A DNA stretch of 8,385 bases from Octopus sinensis. Lineage: Eukaryota. Positions within the stretch are counted from its first letter, which is position 1. Every line of letters starts with the position of its first letter. The position numbers and the translations under genes were made by a program. Shown piece by piece: positions 1 to 7,698 of this stretch. The notes below the pieces were generated by a model. The model did no database searches and was not told where the DNA came from. It saw only the letters and a list, made by a program, of their open reading frames with translations. The stretch covers positions 1 through 8,385 of the forward strand of contig NW_021828440.1 in NCBI RefSeq assembly GCF_006345805.1. Reading direction: 5' to 3'.

Positions 1-285
1 AGGTTTAAGTTAAAATATGCTGTATAAATTACTAAAGAATAACAACTGCGTGGATGTTTAATTCTCCTCATTTATTTATATTGTCTTGAATAGGCACTCA
101 GCAAATTGTTTATAATGCAAAGAAACGAACTCGGTATTATAACCAGGCGATGAAACACATTGCGATTGTTTACCATAACTAGTCCCAGGTCACTCCTTAT
201 CACTCGATGCCGTTAGCCAGAACTTACAAGAATGCTTGCACGGTACCCGCCTGGATCAATTATCCCTGTCTAATCTCTGTATTAC

Positions 286-517
286 GTATGCATGTTTGTA
301 TGCATGTATGTATGTTTGTATGCATGTATGTATGTATGTGTGTATGTAGGTATGTAGGTATGTATGCATGTATGTGTGTATGTAGGTATGTAGGTATGTA
401 TGCATGTATGTATTATGTATGTATGTATGTATGTGTTTATATATATATGTATGTATTATGTATGTATGTATGTATGTATGTATGTATGTATGTATGCATA
501 TATGTATATAGGTATAT
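286..517. repeat. Degenerate (TATG)n microsatellite
   Basis: Direct reading: tatg/tgta reiterations; source of the spurious MYVC-type ORF 207..521. Confidence 0.95.
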
Positions 518-548
518 ATAGATAGAAGAGAGATAGATAGATAGATAT

Positions 549-600
<52 letters not shown>

Positions 601-640
601 AGATAGATAGATAGATAGATAATAGATTAGATAGATAGAT
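518..640. repeat. (GATA)n microsatellite
   Basis: Direct reading. Confidence 0.97.
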
Positions 641-866
641 ATGTTTCTTTATTAGCCACACAGGGCTGCACACAGACGGGACAGATTACAAAGTAGAGCT
701 TTTCTTTTTTGGGAGAAAAAAAAGTGGGGTAGGTTTTCGATCAAAGGGATCGTAAAAGGAAAAGAAGAAAAAAAGAAAAAAAGGAAAAGAAACAGAAGAA
801 AAGAAAAGAAAAAAAGAAAAAAAGGAAAAAAGGGGGGAAAAGAAAAAACGATCAATAGGGATCGTG

Positions 867-867
<1 letters not shown>
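641..867 (-). mobile_element. Probable 5'-truncated 3' end (3'UTR) of a non-LTR retrotransposon embedded in a (GATA)n tract
   Basis: Minus strand ends ...cagccctgtgtggctAATAAAgaaacat then (ATCT)n; long pyrimidine tract on minus; GATA repeats on both sides; two copies of a cgatc-N5/6-gatcg stem-loop. Family not determined. Confidence 0.55.

Positions 868-944
<77 letters not shown>
868..944. repeat. (GATA)n microsatellite
   Basis: Direct reading. Confidence 0.97.
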
Positions 945-947
<3 letters not shown>

Positions 948-1067
948 AACCTTTACATAAATAAATAATGTGAAATACACGAAGGGACGAACATAAAAGA
1001 CAAACGGGTCATTCAAAGCCTTCGTTCTTCAGTCAGAAACTGATTCCTCATCGCAGATTTCGGCTGT

Positions 1068-1070
<3 letters not shown>
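945..1070 (-). mobile_element. Possible Penelope-like pseudo-LTR relic with 3' half of a minimal hammerhead
   Basis: Minus strand reads ct-aac-agcc-GAAA-tc-tgc-gat-g-aggaat; the CTGANGA core is absent, replaced by the GATA tract. Confidence 0.3.
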
Positions 1071-1143
<73 letters not shown>

Positions 1144-1155
1144 CTGACAGACAGA
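1068..1155. repeat. (GATA)n grading into (GACA)n
   Basis: Direct reading. Confidence 0.95.
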
Positions 1156-1166
1156 TATGTGTGTAT

Positions 1167-1298
1167 ACCAGAGTAAGTACATAAATGCGAAACAATGTGG
1201 AGAAAAGAGTACCGGAGGTTGAGTAGTATACTTTGTTAATAAAGATGCAAAGACATCATAAACACTGTTACTCAGAGATTCACGGTCCCGTGAAACTC
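1167..1298 (-). mobile_element. Possible Penelope-like pseudo-LTR relic with truncated, inverted hammerhead remnant
   Basis: Minus strand acgg-ga-ccgt GAAT ctc-t-gag TA acag; 11-bp inverted repeat 1275-1285/1288-1298 with one mismatch. Confidence 0.4.
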
Positions 1299-1356
1299 TA
1301 CATGCATGAGAATTTATACATAAAATAAGACATACAAGTCTGCACTCATGCAATCA

Positions 1357-1432
1357 TTACATACATACGTAAGTACGTATATACATACATACATACATAC
1401 ATACGTACGTACATACATACATACATGCATAC
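1357..1432. repeat. (CATA)n microsatellite
   Basis: Direct reading. Confidence 0.93.
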
Positions 1433-1434
1433 CT

Positions 1435-1643
1435 TCTTTTACTCTTTTACTTGTTTCAGTCATTTGACTGTGACCATGCTGGAGCAAATTGACCCCAGGG
1501 ATTATTCTTTGTAGGTCTAGTACTTATTCTATCGGTCTTTTTTACCGAACCGCTAAGTTACGGGGACCGTAAACACACCAGCATCGATTGTCAAGCGATG
1601 CTGGGGGGGAACAAACACAGACATACAACCATATGCACAACAT

Positions 1644-1646
<3 letters not shown>
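1435..1646 (-). mobile_element. 3' half of a tRNA-derived SINE, split from its 5' half by the ribozyme array
   Basis: tcttttactcttttacttgtttcagtcatttgact...acaaacacagaca matches my recollection of the 3' part of an abundant octopus SINE; minus strand ends in a (GAGTAAAA)-like tail; adjoins (TA)n. Family identity is recalled, not searched. Confidence 0.7.
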
Positions 1647-1680
<34 letters not shown>

Positions 1681-2002
1681 TGAGGCATTTATTGTAATAA
1701 TGCCCTCTATACATATATATATAATTAATTTGTTCAAAAGAAAAATTATTTTCGGATTCTTTTCTTTTATGAGGTTTTCACGCTAGCTACCCACCGATAA
1801 TTTCTTGTTAAGATCCCTTATTAAGAGATTCCTTAATTGTTAAACTTATTCCGAAATACTTTTCATTACCGACATGCAGTTCGTAAAAAGCCCGCCATTT
1901 ACCGGATATATGATTTATAAACATTCCATGTGCTTGGCCGGAGTGAGCAGTTTCTGTTCGTCTTCGCTACGTAAGGTTGGTAGTTTATTTATGATGTATT
2001 CA

Positions 2003-2071
2003 GAATCAGTTCTGCTGACGATCATTAGACGCAAGTTGTATGTGAAATCACGGTGATACAGAACATAATTC
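2003..2071 (+). ncRNA. Type I hammerhead ribozyme, copy 1 (matches consensus)
   Basis: Stem I GTTCTG 2009-2014 / CAGAAC 2059-2064 extended by GAAT/ATTC; CTGACGA 2015-2021; stem II with GCAA loop 2031-2034; GAAA 2044-2047; stem III ATCACGGTGAT 2047-2057; AUA triplet 2056-2058. Confidence 0.85.
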
Positions 2072-2470
2072 ATTTTTAAATGTCTTGCTTTGAAAACTGC
2101 ATTGGGTATGATTAGTATATTTTTGGTAGTAATGACTTTGTCCTCCTAGTGTGAGGCATTTATGTGTAATAATGCCCTCTATACATATAGATATAATTAA
2201 TTTGTTCAAAAGAAAAAAATTATTTTCGGATTCTTTTCTTTTGAGGTTTTCACGCTAGCTACCCGATAATTTCTTGTTAGATCCCTTATTAAGAGATTAT
2301 CCTTAATTGTTAAACTTATTCCGAAATACTTTTCATTACCCGACATGCAGTTCGTAAAAAGCCCGCATTTACCGGATATATGATTTATAAACATTCCATG
2401 TGCTTGGCGGTGAGCAGTTGTCTGTTCGTCTTCGCTACGTAAGGTTGGTAGTTTATTTATGATGTATTCA

Positions 2471-2537
2471 GAATCAGTTCTGCTGACGATCATTAGACGC
2501 AAGTTGTATGTGAAACACGGTGATACAGAACATATTC
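2471..2537 (+). ncRNA. Type I hammerhead ribozyme, copy 2 (1-nt deletion in stem III)
   Basis: CTGACGA 2483-2489, GAAA 2512-2515; reads gaaacacggtgat rather than gaaatcacggtgat; predicted site after 2525. Confidence 0.7.
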
Positions 2538-2943
2538 ATTTTTAAATGTCTTGCTTTGAAAAACTGCATTGGGTATGATTAGTATAATTTTTGGTAGTAA
2601 TGACTTTGTCCCTCCTAGTGTGAGGCATTTGTGTAATAATGCCCTCTATACAATATAGATATAATTAATTTGTTCAAAAGAAAAAAATTATTTTCGGATT
2701 CTTTTCTTTTATGAGGTTTTCACGCTAGCTACCCGATAATTTCTTGTTAAGATCCCTTATTAAGAGATTATCCTTAATTGTTAAACTTATTCCGAAATAC
2801 TTTTCATTACCCGACATGCAGTTCGTAAAAAGCCCGCCATTTACCGGATATTGATTTATAAACATTCCATGTGCTTGGCCGAGTGAGCATTTGTCTGTTC
2901 GTCTTCGCTACGTAAGGTTGGTAGTTTATTTATGATGTATTCA

Positions 2944-3011
2944 GAATCAGTTCTGCTGACGATCATTAGACGCAAGTGTATGTGAAATCACGGTGATACA
3001 GAACATAATTC
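2944..3011 (+). ncRNA. Type I hammerhead ribozyme, copy 3 (1-nt deletion in stem II)
   Basis: CTGACGA 2956-2962, GAAA 2984-2987; gcaagtgta rather than gcaagttgta; predicted site after 2998. Confidence 0.75.
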
Positions 3012-3413
3012 ATTTTTAATGTCTTGCTTTGAAAAACTGCATTTGGGTATGATTAGTATAATTTTTGGTAGTAATGACTTTGTCCCTCCTAGTGTGAGGC
3101 ATTTATGTGTAATAATGCCCTCTATACAATATAGATATAATAATTTGTTCAAAAGAAAAATTATTTTCGGATTCTTTTCTTTTATGAGGTTTTCACGCTA
3201 AGCTACCCTAATTTCTTGTTAAGATCCCTTATTAGAGATTATCCTTAATTGTTAAACTTATTCCGAAATACTTTTCATTACCCGACATGCAGTTCGTAAA
3301 AAGCCGCCATTTACCGGATATATGATTTATAAACATTCCATGTGCTTGCCGGAGTGAGCAGTTGTGTCTGTCGTCTTCGCTACGTAAGGTTGGTAGTTTA
3401 TTTATGATGTTCA

Positions 3414-3481
3414 AATCAGTTCTGCTGACGATCATTAGACGCAAGTTGTATGTGAAATCACGGTGATACAGAACATAATTC
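3414..3481 (+). ncRNA. Type I hammerhead ribozyme, copy 4
   Basis: CTGACGA 3425-3431, GAAA 3454-3457, core and inner stems intact; predicted site after 3468. Confidence 0.82.
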
Positions 3482-3883
3482 ATTTTTAAATGTCTTGCTT
3501 TGAAAAACTGCATTTGGGTATGATTAGTAATTTTTGGTAGTAATGACTTTGTCCCTCCTAGTGTGAGGCATTTATGTGTAATAATGCCCTCTATACATAT
3601 AATATAATTAATTTGTTCAAAAGAAAAATTATTTTCGGATTCTTTTCTTTTATGAGGTTTTCACGCTAGCTACCCATAATTTCTTGTTAAGATCCCTTTT
3701 TAGAGATTATCCTTAATTGTTAAACTTATTCCGAAATACTTTTCATTACCCGACATGCAGTTCGTAAAAAGCCCGCCATTTACCGGATATATGATTTATA
3801 AACATTCCATGTGCTTGGCCGGATGAGCAGTTGTCTGTTCGTCTTCGCTACGTAAGGTTGGTAGTTTATTTATGATGTATTCA

Positions 3884-3951
3884 GATCAGTTCTGCTGACG
3901 ATCATTAGACGCAAGTTGTATGTGAAATCACGGTGATACAGAACATAATTC
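3884..3951 (+). ncRNA. Type I hammerhead ribozyme, copy 5
   Basis: CTGACGA 3895-3901, GAAA 3924-3927, core and inner stems intact; predicted site after 3938. Confidence 0.82.
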
Positions 3952-4087
3952 ATTTTTAAATGTCTTGCTTTGAAAAACTGCATTTGGGTATGATTAGTAT
4001 AATTTTTGGTAGTAATGACTTTGTCCCTCCTAGTGAGGCATTTATGTGTAATATGCCCTCTATACAATATATATATATATATATATA

Positions 4088-4256
4088 CATACATATACGA
4101 CGGGCTTCTTTCAGTTTCCGTCTACCAAATCCACTCACAAGGCTTTGGTCGGCCCGAGGCTATAGTAGAAGACACTTGCCCAAGGTGTCACACAGTGGGA
4201 CCATAACCCGGAACCATGTGGTTCGTAAGCAAGCTACTTACAACACAGCCATTCCT
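4088..4256 (-). mobile_element. 5' half (tRNA-like head and core) of the interrupted SINE
   Basis: Minus strand aggaaTGGCTGTGTTGtaagtagcttgcttacgaaccacatggttccgGGTTATGGTCCCac: A-box-like and degenerate B-box-like motifs, followed by ccttgggcaagtg, which resembles the start of a CORE domain; same orientation as 1435-1646. Confidence 0.75.
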
Positions 4257-4259
4257 ACA

Positions 4260-4363
4260 CCTGTTGATGTTTTCGAAATCCCCATGAAGGAAACATAGAT
4301 CTAGGTTAGGAACCTACTCTTTTTCTATTGGCAAGAAACCTTGAAATAAAACTGAAGGATGAC
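4260..4363 (+). mobile_element. ~100-bp retroelement 3'-end fragment, copy A
   Basis: Aligns by eye with 7699-7803 (ctgttgatgtt...atgaaggaaac...gatctaggttag...gaaataaa...gatgaca). Confidence 0.6.
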
Positions 4364-4399
4364 ATGTATACACAGGCACCAAGTTAACACTGTTTGAAA

Positions 4400-4793
4400 T
4401 CTCTATCTATAAACGGCAAAATGTCTGTCTATCTGTGTGTCTGTGTCTCCTTTATACAAATCCAGTTTTTCACGTAAAAGGCTCGCATTTTCTATGGGCT
4501 TTCAAAACTGTCTGAGAGTGGTCGTGAAGATCTTTTCATTTCCTCAGTCACCCTAGAAAGCCATTAAAAAAAATCGATAAACTGACCCCTTATACCTATA
4601 AGTTATGGGCATATCCTTTCAAAATCTCTAAAACATAGAAATTTTTACCTGGTGTATGCATACAGCTAGATACGCCAATAGACTGCCAGCTGATTTTTGA
4701 TTGGACGGAGATAATTTTACCCTTGATAGTTGAATGCGCGTGCGCATTTGCAGACAGTCTGTATGACTGTATGACGCCGGGTTATAGTGCTAG
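4400..4793 (+). mobile_element. Probable non-autonomous Helitron-like element
   Basis: A|TCTCTATCTATAAA start with a (CTGT)-like subterminal microsatellite; ends cgccgggttatagtgCTAG|T; inserted between A and T. The 5' arm of the expected 3' hairpin is not evident. Confidence 0.55.
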
Positions 4794-5025
4794 TATTTAT
4801 ATATCTGTTTACACCATTTACAATAAAACTCGTCTGAAGATCTTTGCAAAAGCTGTCAGAGAGAAGAAAGAAAAGGGTTAAAAGCAGGCAAGACGTTTTC
4901 TTCGTATTTGTATGTTATTAATAACTTGTGTAATTAATCAACTACGCGGCATTGAAAAGTACAGTGAACCGCAGAAGAAACCGAAGCCCAAAGGCTACTG
5001 TTAAAATCCACCACCTTTCCATTAG

Positions 5026-5196
5026 TATTATGTATGGTGTGTGTGTGTGTGTGTACTATGTATGTGTGAATGTGAGGGCGTATGTGCGAGTGAGCGTGTG
5101 TATGTATTCGTAAGGTTGAGTATACATAATATTTGTATACATGTTTGGTTATATACGATGTATGTATGAGCGCTTACGTATGTATGCATTTATGTG

Positions 5197-5235
<39 letters not shown>

Positions 5236-5485
5236 TCCATTCTCTATGTATGTATGCCAATACATATACATGTATGCATACATGTGAAAGGGCTTCCGTG
5301 TGTACAGTTAAATATATGTATATCTTGAGCGCGTGGCTACACGTATGTCTATTCATGTACATATACATATATATATGTGTGTGTGTCAGGTGGGCAACAG
5401 TGTGTATATGTATGCCTGTCTGTATCTGTATTTTTGTGAGCATATGCGTATGTGTATGTATGCGTGTGTATGCATATGTATACAT
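5026..5485. repeat. Compound (TG)n/(TATG)n low-complexity tract
   Basis: Direct reading. Confidence 0.9.
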
Positions 5486-5855
5486 GCGATTTTCATTGTC
5501 ATTTTTTTTAATTGCCCCATGACTATTTTAGGACCGTTTCTCTTCCTCTAAACAGATTATTCATTATTTTAACTTTATTTTCGTATACATTCTTTCAAAG
5601 TTTGTTTGTACTTCTCATATTTGTTTATTACTTCTCTTTCTTCTCTTCTTTTCCTCTTGGCTTCTTTTTTTAAAATTTAATAAAGGAAAGTGAAACCTCA
5701 TCGACAGATGCTCTCCCCTTACATTCTTTATTTTGTATGATTAATTCTTTTTTCTTTTTATGAAAAATTTTCAGTTACTTTTCCACCATTTTATCGTGTG
5801 CGGTTTGTTTTATTCTTTCTTTTTATGTTTATGCTTGTTAAACGTAGGATGTATA

Positions 5856-6123
5856 TACGGATACATACACACAACACACACACACACCACACACACAACA
5901 AACACACACACACATACATACACACACACACACACACACATATACGAACATGTCGGCTGTCTTGCTTTTGCATATACAAATAGCTAATGTTGATGTGTGC
6001 GTATTGAAATATATATACATTGTACATATATATTTCTTATGTGTGTATTTATATATATATGTGTGTGTGTGTATGTGTGCGTGTGTCTGTGCATATATAC
6101 ATACACGCACACACACAGACACA

Positions 6124-6209
<86 letters not shown>

Positions 6210-6226
6210 ATATATATATATATATA
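5856..6226. repeat. Compound (CA)n, (TG)n and (TA)n microsatellites
   Basis: Direct reading; source of the HT/CV-repeat ORFs. Confidence 0.93.
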
Positions 6227-6386
6227 TTGAGAAAAAAAGTCGTCAGAAGTTTGAAAAAAAATCCTTTTATTTCTTTATTATTATTAGCGCTTTTGTTCCT
6301 CCCTAGAACTTGTTAAATACGATTTTGTATTTAACAAGTTCTGGAGAGGAACGAAAGCGCTAATAATGACGACTTTTTTTTCTCAA
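6227..6386. mobile_element. Foldback / MITE-like palindromic element flanked by TA
   Basis: Inner arms 6281-6320 and 6327-6366 are 37/40 complementary with a 6-nt loop; outer arms ttgagaaaaaaagtcgtca / tgacgacttttttttctcaa; TA at 6225-6226 and 6387-6388. Confidence 0.65.
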
Positions 6387-6426
6387 TATTCAATTCTGTA
6401 CATCACACCTAACACTCTATAAATAC

Positions 6427-6523
<97 letters not shown>
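6427..6523. repeat. (GATA)n microsatellite
   Basis: Direct reading. Confidence 0.97.
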
Positions 6524-7116
6524 TACACGTTTGTATGTATGCACACAAAGTTACAGCACATATATATATATCCAAGACCATCTCTATCGTCATCATACAA
6601 ACGCGCATACATACATAACATACACACATACATACAAGCATGCATACATATTTCGTGTTACGCTTAGAAGCGGTGTACGGTACCAAAATTATCGATTCGA
6701 TTCATGTATTACAAAATACTTCAGATTGTTGCTATAGTATCCGCGTAAGTGGAGTCTGGACCAACAAGTTTGTACTGGCTTCCAGTCGCATAATTAGTTA
6801 TAATGAAGCTAAAACAAGTGATATTTTGAAATAATTATATACGAACTTTTCTGATCTACATAATATAATGTAGGAACTGCATCCATTGCGTAAGACACGC
6901 CTCGTTTAAGACGTTGGTTTATATTTTGAAATGATTTAACCCTGGAAGATCTTACTCGAAGGATGCATCTCCTATAATATATATATATATATATGAAGAT
7001 CTGAGACGCACATATTAAGTTGTTTCAAAATATCTCTATTTGGTTTGACTTCATTATTACAACTATATTCATATATACATACAAGCATACAAACATACAT
7101 ACACGCGCACACGCAT

Positions 7117-7672
7117 GTTAACAAGGAAAAAATATATTCTGTTGTGGAAATAAGTTGCTCCCTTGGTACCAACATAATTACACAAATACGAGATAAAGAA
7201 AAACATCTGTGGACCGTTGATGAGGAGTCTGCAAATCCACTTTGCAAGATACACTTTCAGCTTCGTACCTGTTATTATTGAAACCCAAAGTATGACTGAA
7301 CTTGGGTTCTTGGGGAGAGAACGCAAATCCTTAATTCATCTGCTACATGTGATCGTGATATTTGGGTCTATAAAAGTCTGCAAAACCTTTAAAGTATAAT
7401 GGTTAAAACAAGATGCTTTCCTTTACAATCTTGCTACCATTATTGGGGCACTGGGATATGTAACGCACTGCCTAAATACCAATCTTGAGAAATTAGGCTT
7501 CTCAAAATCAGAAAAGAAAACGCTAATTCGAAGACTACAGATCTAATCCACCACTGGAACAGTAAAAATCTGTAAAACCTTCTAGAAGTTTATCATTAAA
7601 GTATATATGAACATGTCTAGGGATGTAACTATATGTATGAGAATAAATACATAAAAGATACAAAACTGCACA
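7117..7672 (+). pseudogene. Decayed C-terminus (restriction-like endonuclease region) and 3'UTR of an R4/NeSL-type non-LTR retrotransposon
   Basis: Stitched translation KEKIYSVVEISCSLGTNIITQIRDKEK / ICGPLMRSLQIHFARYTFSFVPVII...IIGALGYVTHCLNTNLEKLGFSKSEKKTLIRRLQI*STTGTVKICKTF*KFII resembles the VEISCP...PVIIGALG motifs of RLE-bearing LINEs; frameshift near 7200, stops at 7544 and 7583, then (CATA)n. Clade assignment from memory. Confidence 0.7.
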
Positions 7673-7698
7673 TATATACATACATACAAACAAAAATA

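Larger units (their letters stand above)
1676..4071 (+). mobile_element. Tandem array of ~471-bp hammerhead-containing units (5 full + ~40 bp); non-LTR retrozyme-like
   Basis: Units start (tagtgtgagg) at 1676, 2147, 2616, 3090, 3559 and 4031 (partial; tagtgagg); lengths 471, 469, 474, 469, 472; one type I hammerhead fold per unit; flanked by (TA)n on both sides. Confidence 0.85.

Noticed and set aside
2130-2190. Array unit as a Helitron 3' end (minus-strand hairpin then CTAG)
   Set aside because: Only 3 nt separate hairpin and CTAG, the real terminus at 1676 reads CTA-TATA without the G, and no TC 5' end is seen at the other boundary. Not fully excluded.
3749-4029. Tandemly duplicated symmetric exon on the minus strand (tag|GAGGGAC...GTCGG|gtaatg, phase 2-2)
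   Set aside because: Splice sites are weak, there is no host gene evidence and the array lies within a SINE; the ribozyme explains the unit better.
1676-4071. CRISPR array or plain satellite
   Set aside because: No unique spacers and units are ~471 bp; the conserved ribozyme fold and insertion inside a SINE argue against an ordinary satellite.
4185-4256. SINE Pol III promoter driving retrozyme transcription, or a real tRNA gene
   Set aside because: It points antisense to the hammerhead strand, the B-box is degenerate, and T-runs would stop Pol III early in the array; the head is embedded in SINE body sequence.
4830-4880. CTGAAGA...GAAA as another hammerhead
   Set aside because: No convincing stems I-III or NUH site could be formed.
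5856-6226. Alternating (CA)n/(TG)n tracts as a functional foldback or Z-DNA element
   Set aside because: Expected by chance in such microsatellite-dense DNA; no specific evidence of function.
6640-6970. Short ORFs or an exon in the unique stretch
   Set aside because: No recognisable protein motif or convincing splice pair.
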